A stretch of DNA of 64,000 nucleotides. Source: Escherichia coli (GTDB taxonomy: Bacteria; Pseudomonadota; Gammaproteobacteria; Enterobacterales; Enterobacteriaceae). Positions 26,127 to 38,807 of the stretch are shown piece by piece. Below the pieces are notes generated by a model, which had not been told where the DNA came from, searched no databases, and saw only the letters and a program-made list of their open reading frames with translations. The DNA is taken from the NCBI RefSeq assembly GCF_041886205.1, contig NZ_CP169029.1, one strand, 5' to 3'. Numbering within the stretch: the first letter of the stretch is position 1; every line of letters begins with the position of its first letter. A program made the position numbers and the translations under genes.

Positions 26127-26349
26127 CCCTTGCCCCCTGTTTTTATCATACTCTGAATAGCCAGGCTGTTATTTTACGACTTGCCTGTACAACGCCAATA
26201 CTCACGAAAGTATGACGAGCAAGCCTGTTACTCATCAGGCTTATCTTCAGTATATAAACGCCGATACGTTTTTACATAACCTAATGTAAAGAAGTTTAAA
26301 GAAAAGCGCGCCGTAATGTGCCACTTTTTTAGTGCAGAAACGGAGTTTT

Positions 26350-26382
26350 CGGAAAAAGAAAAGGCGGCATTGCTGCCGCCTT
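26350..26382 (-). terminator. Rho-independent terminator after mukB
   Basis: Stem aaggcggc/gccgcctt followed on minus strand by ttctttttcc. Confidence 0.5.
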
Positions 26383-26386
26383 CATT

Positions 26387-29300
26387 TTAACTCGCCTGGG
26401 AAGGCGCTTCGTCACTTCCTGGAAGCGTTTCAGGGAGTTGCGGCGCAAATCCTCGCAGGCCGACGACGTGAACATGTTCGGTATTCTGGAAGACTTTACG
26501 CACCAGTTTATAGGTGGTGCCTTTCTCCGGGCTGATATTTTCCGGCGCTGCGATGATGAGCTGCATTTGCAAACGTTCACACAATTCAAACAGCGTGGCG
26601 ATAGAACGAGCATCCAGTCGCGCTGCTTCATCGAGGAACAGCAGGCGGCAAGGAGAGATATCTTTACCGCGCAGGCGGCGAGATTCATCTTCCCAGCTTT
26701 GTACCACCATCACCAGAATCGACATACCGGTACCAATCGCCTCACCGGTCGACAGAGCACCAGACTCTGCGCGCAACCAGCCATCGGAACCACGGTTAAC
26801 CTCAACTTCCATTTCCAGATAGTTGCGGTAATCCAGCAGTTCTTCGCCAATGGTCTGCGGCGTGCGCTGCCCCATATCAATCTGCGGATTAAGACGCTGA
26901 TACAATTTCGCCAGCGCTTCCGAGAAGGTCAGACGGTTGCTGTTAAACAGATCCTGATGCTGCTCGTGCTGTTCAGAGAGCACATCCAGCAGCATGGCGT
27001 GCGTTTCACGCACGTTCACGTTCAGACGTACGCTGTTCACCTGACCAAACGATACGTTCTGCAAACCCTGGTTGAGCATACGGATACGGTTCTGTTCGCG
27101 CTGAATGGTTTTGCGAATAATGTTCGCCACGCTGCGGGAACTGATCGCCAGTTTCTGTTCACGGGAGGTTAATTCTTCGGTCAGACGGCTAAGCTCGATC
27201 TCCATCTGTTCGATAGCTTCCACCGGATCATCGGTACGAATAATATCCTGACGAATACGTTCACGCAGATGCTGATAAACCGCCACGAAGAACTGAATTT
27301 TACGTTCCGGACGTTTTGGATCTTCCGACATACGCAGCACGTCGCGCAGATGTTCGTTATCCGCCACCGCCAGACGCAGCGCACCTAACGCCTTATCCGA
27401 CATGGAACGCAAATCATCAGCGGAGAGATAAGCCAGCTCACGACGGTGTAAGCGGCGCTCAACGCCGTTATCTTTCACCATGCGCATCACCGCACACCAG
27501 CCCGCTTTGGCGGTCACTACCTGCTCGCGCATCTCAAAGTAATCCCGCTCCAGCTTGCGCAGTTTGCGGGTCAGGTTGTCCATCTCCGCTTCGCAGAAGG
27601 TAAGCGCTTTTTCCAGTTGATTGCGGCGTGAACGGTTATTGCTCAGTTGCGCATGCAGCTCGTCACGGCGAATACGCGCCCGCTCTTCTGCCCCGCTATC
27701 AGCACGCACGCCGATATCCTGCAATTCACGTTGCAGATCGTTGAGTAGCTCTTTTTTGGTGTCGTAAGAACTTTTCAGCGAAGCCAGCACCTGGTTGTAC
27801 TGACTCAACTGCGCTGCGTGACCGCGCAACGCTTCGCGAGCGCGGGTACGCTCCGCTTCCGCCTGTTCCAGACGTTCACGCAGTTTTTCGTTGAGATCGC
27901 TGTTACCGCTAAGCATTTCTGCCGAGTCAGAATAGCTAAAGTGCGCACGACGCTGCACCACTTCCGTCAGGGCAAACGCCTGCTGACGGGCATCGCGCTG
28001 CATCTGCTGAGAGTACGCGTAATCTTCTTTTAACTGTTCGAACTGTTCCGGGTCGCTCTGCAATACCGAAACGATCGGTTCCAGTTTCGCCAGTTGATTG
28101 CCAAACTGCTGAACAAAACGCGCAGCTTCCTGGGCTTCATCCAGACGTTCGCGGATTTCATCGACGCGATCCGCCAGGCTGTCATCAGCCAACAGGTTGA
28201 GACGCGGCAGAATGCGGTTCAGCGCCGTAACGCCTTCTTTCGCCTGCTCAAACTGAATACGCTGCTGCTGGTTATCATTTTCATGATTACTCAACGCCCG
28301 CTCCAGTTCGACGCGACGGCTGTTCAGTTGACGGATTTCTGCTTCCGGGTCAGACTCAAACGCAACCGCCAGATGACTGCCGATAAAGCGGCTGAACGCC
28401 TGATGCAGACGCTGAGTTTTCTGTACATCAAAGGAGAGCGTGGCGAAGCGTTCGGAAAGCACTTCACGCTCGGCATGGAGGCTTTCAATACGGCTTTCAC
28501 GCGCAGCACGACCAAACAGCGGCACTTCCGGGAAACGTGAATAACGCCACTGACGATCGGCGATTTTCACCACTACCGCTTTTTCCAGCTCATCAACGCT
28601 GAACACGCTGTCATCGAATGACTGCGGATCTCCTTCGATCAGATAGAGATCTTCCGGGCAATCGGTCAAGCCTTCCAGGTGTTCAGTTACCTGTGACAGA
28701 TCTGGCACCACGATGGCGTGGCGTGACGGGCCATACAGCGCTGAGAAGTACGGCGCATCTTCCAGGCTAACGTCGTCATAAATTTCTGACAGCAGCACAC
28801 CACCAAAACGCTCCGCCAGCGCGTTCAGACGCTGATCTTCAGAGCCGCCAGGCTGGCTTAAACGTTCGATCTCTTCATCGACGGCGTTTTTGCGCGCGCC
28901 CACTTCATCGCGTTCAACAATCGCCTCTCGCTCACGCTCCAGCAACTGTTGCAGATATTCGGTGACGTCCTGGCTGGAGGTAAACTCTTCGCCGCACTGT
29001 TCGCTCAACTGGTTGAGACTGTTTTGCGCTGCCAGCCAAACCGGCGCACGCTGCATCAAACTCTGAATGCGAGACTGCAGCTGTTCCTGCTCCTGGCGCA
29101 GTGCCATGCGCTCTTCACGGGCGTTAGACACGCTATCGGAAAGAGAGGCAATGCGTGCTTCCAGTTCCTGATGCAGGGCTTCCAGTTCGTCGATATCAAA
29201 ATTCTTGCCCTGACGTTTGCAGAAATCTGCCAGCAGACGCTCAGCTTCTTGCTGCTCGCGTAGACGCTGTTCCAGTTCGCTTAATCGCATCCGCAGCGGC

Positions 29301-30847
29301 TGAACCTGCTCTGCCAGGTGACGCTGATCGACCCCTTCGCGCAATAGTTCGCGAGCGACATCCCACGCCTCGTTACGCGCCAGTGGGCCGTTGATTGCCA
29401 CCACCAGCTGATAAGCCTGCTCAAACTGGCTGTGCGCGGTTTGCGCCATGCTCATTTTCTGCTCAAGAGAGAGCATTTTTTCAGTCGCTTCCAGCTCTTT
29501 CGCCTGGAAGGTTTCCAGCCATTCGGCGGCGCTGTCGGCGGTTAAGTCCGGCAGATGGCACAGTTCTTTGGCGCGATTAAGCGCAGCAATCGCCTGGTTA
29601 TACTGGATCGCGCGCGTTTGCTGGACGTCCAGCGCCTGCTGGTAGTCAGCAAGCTGGCTTTTCAGCTCGTCCACTTCCAGTTCGGCAGCTTCCGCACGAA
29701 CCTCGTTCTCTTCCTGGCGTTCGATGGCTTCTGCCACCACTTCGTTTTGCTCTTCCAGACGGATCTGCAGCTCATCGAGATCCGCTTCGTAGCGTTCGAT
29801 CTTCTCCTGCTGACGCAGTGCGGTTTGCACCAGGTTCAGGTGATCGCTGGCCGCCTGATAATCCGCTTCCAGATCGCCTTCGGCACCGTTGTGCTCTGCC
29901 AGCTCACGCGCCATATCGACGTGTTTGTACTGCTCAGCCGCCAGTTGCTGACGCGAAGTATGTAGCTCGCGACGAAACTCCAGGGCTTTGTCGAGATGGA
30001 CACGGCGCTCGTTGGCGTGACGCATGTAGTCCGCCGCCACGTAGTTGGTAGCTTCGCTGATCAGATGCTTAAACAGGTCACGGTCCGACTGGGTGACACG
30101 AATCGCTTCCAGCGTCATGCGGTTTTCACGCAGCGCCGCTTCCATGTCCTGGAACGCTTTACGCACGCCGCTGTTTTCCGGCAACAGGTAGTCGCGCAGA
30201 GAACGGGTAATGGCACTGGAGATCCCGCCATACAGCGAAGCTTCGATCAGACGATAGAATTTGCTACGGTCAGATGCGGAGCGCAGACGACGCGCGATGA
30301 TGCCCAGATCGAACATCATCGAGTGGTAATCGGTAATGGAGTTGAACTGTTTAAACTGCACGCCTTCCATCGCCTCGAGCTTGTCTTTCAGCTCGTTAAG
30401 CGGCAGCACGCGCGCCTGGCGTTCGTTCAGGGTTTCGGTCACCAGCTGTGTCGGCTGCACCGACATCGGCAGTCCCTGAATGGCAAATGGTTTGATATCC
30501 ACTTTACGATCGCGTCCGGCAACCTGTTGCAGACGCACACCGACCACCACGCGCTGGTGGCGCGAGTTAATGGTGTCGAGCATCGAATAACAGACACCCG
30601 CTTTCAGCTTACCGTGCAGACCTTTATCGCGCGAACCGCTGGTGGCCCCGGCTTCCGTAGTGTTACGGAAATGCAGCAGGGTCAGGTCGGGGATCAGCGC
30701 CGTAACGAACGCCGCCATCGTGGTGGATTTACCCGCCCCGTTACCGCCGGAAAGCGTCGTGACCAGCTCGTCAAGGTCAAAAGTTCGGGCAAAAAAGCCG
30801 TTCCAGTTAATCAGCGTCAGTGAGCGAAATTTACCGCGTTCAATCAT
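26387..30847 (-). CDS. mukB: Chromosome partition protein MukB (SMC-like condensin)
   Basis: 1486-aa ORF; N-terminal Walker A (GGNGAGKST), long coiled coils, C-terminal ABC signature/Walker B (LLFLDEA). Confidence 0.97.
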   Translation of the reverse strand: MIERGKFRSLTLINWNGFFARTFDLDELVTTLSGGNGAGKSTTMAAFVTALIPDLTLLHFRNTTEAGATSGSRDKGLHGKLKAGVCYSMLDTINSRHQRVVVGVRLQQVAGRDRKVDIKPFAIQGLPMSVQPTQLVTETLNERQARVLPLNELKDKLEAMEGVQFKQFNSITDYHSMMFDLGIIARRLRSASDRSKFYRLIEASLYGGISSAITRSLRDYLLPENSGVRKAFQDMEAALRENRMTLEAIRVTQSDRDLFKHLISEATNYVAADYMRHANERRVHLDKALEFRRELHTSRQQLAAEQYKHVDMARELAEHNGAEGDLEADYQAASDHLNLVQTALRQQEKIERYEADLDELQIRLEEQNEVVAEAIERQEENEVRAEAAELEVDELKSQLADYQQALDVQQTRAIQYNQAIAALNRAKELCHLPDLTADSAAEWLETFQAKELEATEKMLSLEQKMSMAQTAHSQFEQAYQLVVAINGPLARNEAWDVARELLREGVDQRHLAEQVQPLRMRLSELEQRLREQQEAERLLADFCKRQGKNFDIDELEALHQELEARIASLSDSVSNAREERMALRQEQEQLQSRIQSLMQRAPVWLAAQNSLNQLSEQCGEEFTSSQDVTEYLQQLLEREREAIVERDEVGARKNAVDEEIERLSQPGGSEDQRLNALAERFGGVLLSEIYDDVSLEDAPYFSALYGPSRHAIVVPDLSQVTEHLEGLTDCPEDLYLIEGDPQSFDDSVFSVDELEKAVVVKIADRQWRYSRFPEVPLFGRAARESRIESLHAEREVLSERFATLSFDVQKTQRLHQAFSRFIGSHLAVAFESDPEAEIRQLNSRRVELERALSNHENDNQQQRIQFEQAKEGVTALNRILPRLNLLADDSLADRVDEIRERLDEAQEAARFVQQFGNQLAKLEPIVSVLQSDPEQFEQLKEDYAYSQQMQRDARQQAFALTEVVQRRAHFSYSDSAEMLSGNSDLNEKLRERLEQAEAERTRAREALRGHAAQLSQYNQVLASLKSSYDTKKELLNDLQRELQDIGVRADSGAEERARIRRDELHAQLSNNRSRRNQLEKALTFCEAEMDNLTRKLRKLERDYFEMREQVVTAKAGWCAVMRMVKDNGVERRLHRRELAYLSADDLRSMSDKALGALRLAVADNEHLRDVLRMSEDPKRPERKIQFFVAVYQHLRERIRQDIIRTDDPVEAIEQMEIELSRLTEELTSREQKLAISSRSVANIIRKTIQREQNRIRMLNQGLQNVSFGQVNSVRLNVNVRETHAMLLDVLSEQHEQHQDLFNSNRLTFSEALAKLYQRLNPQIDMGQRTPQTIGEELLDYRNYLEMEVEVNRGSDGWLRAESGALSTGEAIGTGMSILVMVVQSWEDESRRLRGKDISPCRLLFLDEAARLDARSIATLFELCERLQMQLIIAAPENISPEKGTTYKLVRKVFQNTEHVHVVGLRGFAPQLPETLPGSDEAPSQAS

Positions 30848-31551
30848 TATTCTTCCTCTCCGCTATCTGGCTGGCTCTCTTCGGTTTCATCGTTGAGTTG
30901 CAGATGATTTTCAATCGGCATTGCTTCGCCATCACGAATCAGGCGACGCTGTGCTTCACGGGGATCGTCGCCAGCACGCACATCGGCTCCGAAGCGGAAC
31001 ACCGATTCGGTAATGCGGAACTTGCTGCTGTCGTGGCCCATAAACCACACCATGCCTAAACGACGCAGACGGTTGAGCGAAGAACGTACTTTCTCCTGCA
31101 ACTTCTGACGGTCAACGTCTGAACCGGTTGAACGGTTGTTCACCAGTTTCAGCAGTTTTGCTTCATCGGCCAGGGTGAGCAGCTCGTCGTACAGTTCCTG
31201 CTGGGTGAAAATCCCCTCATTCGCCAGCCGTTCCGGGCTGAGATAGAGATAACAGAGGATTTTCCCGACCATCATATCCAGTTCCGACAAGACGGAACGA
31301 GGGATCAGCGTGGTGGAACGTGGGCGTAAATAGAAGAACCCTTCTGGTGCGCGAATAAGCTCAACGTTATAACGCGCGTAAAACTCTTCCAGATATTCCT
31401 GAAAATCCATCAGGAATGCATGATTATCCAGTTCGTCGAGGCCAATATGGCGGCCTGAACGTAAGGCGCTGTCCAGCGCCGGAAATAACGGATTCGCCAG
31501 CGCCTGCGCCAGCTTAACCGGCATCACTTGTTCAATATTTGTCGATGACAT
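30847..31551 (-). CDS. mukE: Chromosome partition protein MukE
   Basis: ORF 30847..31578; start at ATG 31551 ([21 protein letters not shown]), 234 aa; stop overlaps mukB start (TAATG). Confidence 0.9.
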
Positions 31552-32854
31552 GCGCCTGTACCTTGGCTCCGTAATCATTAATCGGCTGCCATTTCGCTGG
31601 CAGTCCGGTGAAATCTGCTTGCGCTACGCCAAGACGTACCGCCTGATCAATAACAATGCGCGCAACGTCAAAGTGACGTGCACGCGGATACTGTGACAGA
31701 TATTCGCGTACCACCAGACCAAGATCCAGCGGCACTTGTCTGGTTTTGTACACGGCAAGTTGTTCTTCGATGATCGCCGCCAGCTGTTCGCGGATCTCGT
31801 TAAACTCTTCGTATTCTAAATCTGGCGGAAGTTCCCCAGTCACTTCTTCATCGCGCAGTGCCATCTCTTCGTCACGCATATCCAGCAGACGATCGGCATT
31901 GGCATAAGTTAGCGCCCACGGCTCATCAAAATAGGTTTGTACCGACTGACGTAACCGCTGAGCAAAGACGCGGTTTTTATCCATATCGATCGCGGTACGA
32001 ATAAATTTGTGTACGTGGCGGTCGTAGCCAATCCACAAGTCGATGGATTGCTGGCCCCAACTGATAATACGATCGAGTTTGCTCTGCAGATCGAACACCA
32101 GACGATCGACGAAATGCAGATCGTCATGGGTCATCGTCGCATCCTGAATGCGCAACAGATTAGCCTGCAATTTGTCGCCTGCCGCTTCCAGCGTATCCTG
32201 CAATTCACGCAGCGTTCCGGAAGTTTCCGAAAGCAACAATTCACAGCTGGAAATCGCCGCCCGCCAGTCTTTGTTCAGCAACTGGGCGATATCGTCCTTC
32301 ACCTGCTGCTGCTGTTCGTCCATCAGACGTTGCGTCAGGTCGATACTGTCGAAAATTTCTGCTACCGAATATTTCAGTGGCGCATAGACATTACGGTGCC
32401 AGTGAAATTCATCACCGCCCTCTTCGGCGGCATCTGCTGCGCGTTTGAGCTCACCCGCCACAATCGACAACTGCATAGAAAGACGCAGCGTAGAAAACTC
32501 GCGCTGACGGATGTAGTAGTCAGTAATGCCGATGCCGAGCGGCGTCAGACGGTAAATTGCGTTCCCTTCCGCCTGCTCGCTGGTAAAGCGGTTCAGCAGA
32601 CGTTGACGCACCATGTCGTTGATCGCGTTATTGGCGCGCACGCCGATGGTTTCGCTGGTTTGCTCAAACGCATCACTCACATGGCGGAATGCATCCACCA
32701 GCTCGCCTTCACTCATCTCACCATCCAGACGCTCGCCGTTCAGCGTGGCAACCGCCAGCAGAAAAGAGAGTCGGTCTACCGGCAGCGAGATGGAGAAGTC
32801 ATTTTTTCTGGCCCAGGCAACCAGTTCGGGGACTGTCTGGGAAAATTCACTCAT
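31532..32854 (-). CDS. mukF: Chromosome partition protein MukF (kleisin)
   Basis: 440-aa [24 protein letters not shown]...; 3' end overlaps mukE start by 20 nt. Confidence 0.95.
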
Positions 32855-33636
32855 ACTTTATCCTTGCTCTGCGGTTTGCGCGCGGTGACATGAATATAAC
32901 GCCCCAGGGTAATATACGGTTCCTGACGGCAATAACGCGTTTCTAATTCAAGTAATGCTTCATAGCAGTCGCGCTGCTGGTGTTTCTCGCGCAGATAATC
33001 ATGAAACACGCGAACGCCTGTCTTACCCATAATTTGCCAACCAGCTTCTTCCAGCCACAGATAAACCTGCGCCGGGTCGCGTGGATAATCTGGCGAAAGC
33101 GTCCGTTTTTTCTTTTTCGGCATTCCCGCCTGCACGTAATCAAAATTCCCGGCGACCATGTTATGCATCAACAAACCATGCGCATTGTAGAACATTAACG
33201 ACAACACGCCGCCTGGACGCAACACTGACCACAGGGTCTGCAATACACTGCGGGGATCGGCCACCCACTCGAGCACCGCATGGAACAATATCAGATCAAC
33301 GGGCGTTTCCAAATGCGAAGCAACATCCTGAGCGGCGCAATGTATAAATTGCATGTTGTCGCTCACACCTTTTGCTTCTGCCGCCTGTTTTGCGCGGTCG
33401 ATCATCTGCGCAGAAAGATCGCATAAAATGACCTGATGCCCACACTCGGCCATTTTGATTGCGGTCTGCCCTTCTCCACCGCCAGCATCCAGCACACGCA
33501 GTTTTTGCGGGCCCATTTCCGCCAGCACGCGATCGAGATCCTGCCACAGAATAGCCTGTCGAAGCTGCCCTTTGGTGGTGCCGTAAATGTTACGGGAAAA
33601 CTTTTCCGCAATATCATCAAAATTGCGATCCTGCAT
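32851..33636 (-). CDS. cmoM: SAM-dependent methyltransferase CmoM (SmtA), tRNA cmo5U methyl ester formation
   Basis: ORF 32851..33648; start at ATG 33636 ([13 protein letters not shown]), 261 aa; SAM-binding motif VLDAGGGEG; stop overlaps mukF start (ATGA). Confidence 0.9.
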
Positions 33637-33771
33637 TGCTTTCTCCACCGGTTGGCTAAGACGTTTTCTGATAAAGACGCTATTTTGTCACAGCCACGGC
33701 GAGAATGAACCCGTCTGGTGTAATATCGCTGGCGATCCCTTGCTATATGGTTAAAAAAGGAACCAGAAAGG

Positions 33772-34551
33772 ATGCTTTTTACACTGAAAAAAGTGATTGG
33801 CAATATGTTGCTGCCACTTCCGCTAATGTTGTTGATTATTGGCGCTGGTCTGGCGCTGCTGTGGTTTAGCCGTTTTCAAAAAACCGGGAAGATTTTTATT
33901 AGCATTGGGTGGCTGGCGCTCTTGTTATTGAGTTTGCAACCGGTAGCCGACCGCCTGCTGCGTCCCATCGAAAGCACCTATCCGACATGGAATAATTCGC
34001 AAAAAGTGGACTATATCGTGGTGCTCGGAGGTGGTTATACCTGGAACCCGCAGTGGGCACCGAGCTCTAATTTAATCAATAACAGTCTGCCACGCCTGAA
34101 TGAAGGTATTCGCTTATGGCGCGAAAATCCGGGATCAAAACTGATCTTCACGGGAGGCGTAGCAAAAACCAATACGGTGAGTACAGCGGAAGTAGGTGCC
34201 AGAGTTGCGCAATCGCTGGGCGTGCCGCGCGAGCAAATTATCACCCTGGATTTGCCAAAAGATACCGAAGAAGAAGCTGCAGCAGTGAAACAGGCGATTG
34301 GTGACGCCCCTTTCCTGCTGGTGACCTCCGCATCACATCTGCCGCGGGCGATGATCTTTTTTCAGCAGGAAGGGTTAAATCCGCTACCAGCCCCGGCGAA
34401 TCAGTTGGCCATCGACTCGCCGCTTAACCCGTGGGAACGGGCAATCCCTTCTCCGGTCTGGTTGATGCATAGCGATCGTGTTGGCTATGAAACGCTTGGC
34501 CGTATCTGGCAGTGGCTAAAAGGTTCGTCAGGCGAGCCACGGCAAGAGTGA
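33772..34551 (+). CDS. elyC: Envelope biogenesis factor ElyC (YcbC), DUF218
   Basis: 259-aa ORF with N-terminal transmembrane segments; divergent from cmoM. Confidence 0.85.
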   Translation: MLFTLKKVIGNMLLPLPLMLLIIGAGLALLWFSRFQKTGKIFISIGWLALLLLSLQPVADRLLRPIESTYPTWNNSQKVDYIVVLGGGYTWNPQWAPSSNLINNSLPRLNEGIRLWRENPGSKLIFTGGVAKTNTVSTAEVGARVAQSLGVPREQIITLDLPKDTEEEAAAVKQAIGDAPFLLVTSASHLPRAMIFFQQEGLNPLPAPANQLAIDSPLNPWERAIPSPVWLMHSDRVGYETLGRIWQWLKGSSGEPRQE

Positions 34552-35421
34552 TTTTGATGCCAGATCGAAGTTGCGCCGACTAAATCGTCCGGTATTAACC
34601 AGTTGCGCAACTTCATCCCATAACACATACAACCAACGCCGCCAGATGAACGACTCCGCCACTGGCGCGCGTTGCAGGTAACTCCAGAGCAAATCTTCCG
34701 CCAGAGAATTATCCATTAGTCGGAACAGTTCGTATTCTCGCGGTGCCCAAAGCATTAGTCCCGGCCCGACCATCGCCAGTAACTGATCGCTGCGCGAATC
34801 TTTCAACATGCTGCGTAAACAGAAGTTACCGTGAATCAGCACACAATTGTCGTTAAAGCCTTCAAATAATGCCGGGAGACATTCGCGAGTGCGAAACAGG
34901 ATCCGCTTATCCTGCATCGTCAGACCGGTGTTATTGAACTGATTGAGCGTGGTCCATAGCACTTCAACATGTTGCCGGTACCATGAGGGCCAGAAATTTT
35001 CCTGAGTATTGTCGACCGCGCCGACGCAACCGCGACTGTCCTGACGGTGCCAGGCCAGTAAGGCTTCAACGATTTGGTCTTTGAGTTGTTCCCAGCGTTC
35101 TGGTGTTCGGGCTGGTGCCTCCACCGAAACACCACGCATCCGCTCCAGTAGCAGGACATCGGGGCCGGGGTGTTCTTCATGCGTCATCACACCATAAATA
35201 GTCGGCATACGGACAGTCCCACTTCTTGCCAGCATGGTGGTTTTCCATGCCAGTTGTCGGGCTTTTCCGGGCGTACTAAAGCTTCTTGCCATTAACGGCA
35301 TTGGGTTTCCCTGGCTGTCATACAAAGCCCACAACGCCGTATCCGCTTTTTCATTGACGCACTCAATACGACTGAGTTTTTCGCCCAGTAAATGGCTTAA
35401 TTCGGCACGCAGCTGTTCCAT
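34528..35421 (-). CDS. ycbJ: Putative phosphotransferase/kinase-like protein YcbJ
   Basis: 297-aa ORF MEQLRAELSHLLGEKLSRIECVNEKADTALWALYDSQG...; synteny. Confidence 0.8.
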   Translation of the reverse strand: MEQLRAELSHLLGEKLSRIECVNEKADTALWALYDSQGNPMPLMARSFSTPGKARQLAWKTTMLARSGTVRMPTIYGVMTHEEHPGPDVLLLERMRGVSVEAPARTPERWEQLKDQIVEALLAWHRQDSRGCVGAVDNTQENFWPSWYRQHVEVLWTTLNQFNNTGLTMQDKRILFRTRECLPALFEGFNDNCVLIHGNFCLRSMLKDSRSDQLLAMVGPGLMLWAPREYELFRLMDNSLAEDLLWSYLQRAPVAESFIWRRWLYVLWDEVAQLVNTGRFSRRNFDLASKSLLPWLA

Positions 35422-35574
35422 TCAGATTACCCTCATAAAAGCTACTGCTTTCATAATGAGCGCCAATATAAAAGATGTCACCTGAATGAGATCAATTGTT
35501 GAAAAGAAAAATTGAGGAAAATCGTAACGGTACGACACTCCTCCCAAAATTGGCTGAAGTGTCGTGAAGTGAAA

Positions 35575-36500
<926 letters not shown>

Positions 36501-36551
36501 AGTTCCTCCAGATGGATCGGGTTATGAATGCATAAATCTTATCATAATCAT

Positions 36552-37784
36552 TTACGCGACGGGGTCTATTTCCCAGCCGGTGCGGCAATCAGTAAAGAGG
36601 CCTTGCGGGCAGCATCCTAATGTCACCCGCGTTGCCTGCTGCCAGTTAGCGAAATCAGTAATCGCCTGACGTAGCCCTTTTTGCAGCGTTGTCGTTGGTT
36701 TAATACCTTCCTGTAACCACAGAGAGATAACTTCAAGGATGCCTGTCTGGCGATGCATTTTGGCATCCATTCGCCCAACTAATTGCCCACGATGTAATAA
36801 TGGCAGAACAAAATAGCCATACTGGCGTTTCGGCGCTGGGGTATAGCACTCCAGCCGGTAGCTAAAATCAAAAAGCTGCTCTGCGCGTTTGCGATCCCAG
36901 ACAACAGGATCAAAAGGCGAAAGTACCGCGCTGTGCGTTGCAGTGAGCTTTCCGGCCAGCGCACGCTCGAGTAGCGGCAGCAAATCAGCATGCAGCCAAA
37001 GATTGCCCAATTTTTCAACATGCACAGCAATGATTTGCTGCTGTTCAGCCCTCGCTTCGCGCCACGCCGCCAGTGCCGGACGTTTCAGCCGATAGTAATC
37101 TGCCAGCCACTGTTCGCGGAATATTCCCAGGCTACGCGCACTGTTATCCAGCATGATGATTTCTGCTTCTGTTTGCGAAACGAGATCGCGCTCATCATCC
37201 CAGTCAGGCATGACACGGTGGGTTAAATCATAAACGCGCTGGAAGTTGCGCCGTTCAATCACCATCACCTTTCCGGCAGTAAATAAACCTTCCAGATGCC
37301 GTTTATGCGGCTTCCATTCCCACCAGCCGCTTGCACCTTTACGAGGATGCTCAAAATCGGCTGAACGTACCGGCCCCTTATCATGAATATGCTGAATTAA
37401 CTGTGCAATTTCCGCCTCATGTTCCTGCATCCAGGCGTCTTTGTATTTCCAGCCCATTTTTTCAGGTGCCAGCATGCGGTGGCGAATAAGACGAAAGTCG
37501 CTACGCGGCATAAAGCAGGCTTCATGCGCCCAGTATTCCATTAATTCGCCACGCGCCAGAGACTCATCCAGCCACTGGGCAGGATAATTTCCCAGACGAC
37601 TGAAAAGCACCAGATATGGACTACGGGCAACAATATTGATGGTATCGATTTGCAACAAGGACATGCGGGAGATCGTTGCCGGAATATCCTCCAACGACGC
37701 TCGACGGCGGGGTTTGTTTAACAGGCCTTGCGCGGCAAGGTGAAGATTACGCGCATCAGCAAGGGAGAGGTGCGGCAGCGACAT
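36552..37784 (-). CDS. ycaQ: Winged-helix DNA glycosylase YcaQ (interstrand cross-link repair, AlkZ-like)
   Basis: 410-aa ORF; synteny between lpxK and ycaR; function from established knowledge of the family. Confidence 0.85.
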   Translation of the reverse strand: MSLPHLSLADARNLHLAAQGLLNKPRRRASLEDIPATISRMSLLQIDTINIVARSPYLVLFSRLGNYPAQWLDESLARGELMEYWAHEACFMPRSDFRLIRHRMLAPEKMGWKYKDAWMQEHEAEIAQLIQHIHDKGPVRSADFEHPRKGASGWWEWKPHKRHLEGLFTAGKVMVIERRNFQRVYDLTHRVMPDWDDERDLVSQTEAEIIMLDNSARSLGIFREQWLADYYRLKRPALAAWREARAEQQQIIAVHVEKLGNLWLHADLLPLLERALAGKLTATHSAVLSPFDPVVWDRKRAEQLFDFSYRLECYTPAPKRQYGYFVLPLLHRGQLVGRMDAKMHRQTGILEVISLWLQEGIKPTTTLQKGLRQAITDFANWQQATRVTLGCCPQGLFTDCRTGWEIDPVA

Positions 37785-37820
37785 TCATGACTCCATCAAT
37801 CGAACGCTGCCGCGGCGTAA

Positions 37821-38807
37821 CTAGTTGCCAGAATCCAGCGAGGTTAGTTGCGCAAGCAGTTTCGCTGGTTCATCACCTGAAAGCTGTGCGTCAACGGGCA
37901 AATACCACCAATTTTCTTCTGCAAAGGCCCGGCATTTCACCGCATCTTTTTCAGTCATTACCAGCGTTTGCCCGGTGCTTACCAACGCGCTGACATCCGC
38001 ATGGTTCAAAGACTGATGATCGGCCAGCGGTACACATTTTTCCGGTTGTACGCCGCACATCTTCAGCGTGGCAAAAAAGCGCGGCGGATGCCCAATCCCT
38101 GCCATCGCCACCACATGTTCAAGCTGAGCAACGTCACAACGCGTACCGGTACGTAAATTCACCGCCTGACCCGGCAGCAGATGCATGGGGATTTCACCGC
38201 TGCGGGGGACACCGCCGTTGACGATTACCGCATCAACCGACTTTAAGCGCCCCGCTCGCTCACGCATTGGCCCCGCCGGCAACCACCAGCCATTGCCAAA
38301 GCGACGCACACCATCAATAACGACAATTTCCACATCACGCGCCAGACGGTAATGCTGTAAACCGTCGTCGGTTACGATGATCTGCACATCAGGGTGTTGC
38401 GCCAGAATGGCTTTTACCGCATCAGAACGAACGGGAGAAACCGCAACAGGCGCATCAGTGCGTTGATAAATCAACACAGGTTCATCACCCGCCTGTGCTG
38501 TTGTGGTATCTGCCGACAATAACAGCGGATAAGATTCAGCCTTACCACCATATCCCCGCGATACGACCCCCACGCGAATACCGCGCTGTTGCAACTGTTC
38601 CACCAGCCAGACAACGACCGGGGTTTTTCCGTTGCCGCCTGCGGTGAGATTACCAACCACGACAACCGGTACGGGGGCACGCCAGGCGCGCTTCAGTTTT
38701 AGTTTATAGCAAAGACGGATCGCGCCACTCACCAGGCCATACAACCAGGAGAGTGGCAGCAATAGCCGCCACAAAGGGGATTCACCAGACCAGATTTTTT
38801 CGATCAT
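37821..38807 (-). CDS. lpxK: Tetraacyldisaccharide 4'-kinase
   Basis: 328-aa ORF with P-loop ([12 protein letters not shown]); start overlaps msbA stop (ATGA). Confidence 0.95.
   Translation of the reverse strand: MIEKIWSGESPLWRLLLPLSWLYGLVSGAIRLCYKLKLKRAWRAPVPVVVVGNLTAGGNGKTPVVVWLVEQLQQRGIRVGVVSRGYGGKAESYPLLLSADTTTAQAGDEPVLIYQRTDAPVAVSPVRSDAVKAILAQHPDVQIIVTDDGLQHYRLARDVEIVVIDGVRRFGNGWWLPAGPMRERAGRLKSVDAVIVNGGVPRSGEIPMHLLPGQAVNLRTGTRCDVAQLEHVVAMAGIGHPPRFFATLKMCGVQPEKCVPLADHQSLNHADVSALVSTGQTLVMTEKDAVKCRAFAEENWWYLPVDAQLSGDEPAKLLAQLTSLDSGN

Noticed and set aside
26438-30823. Several plus-strand ORFs of 100-275 aa within the mukB region
   Set aside because: All are antisense to the continuous 1486-aa MukB reading frame and show no conserved motifs.
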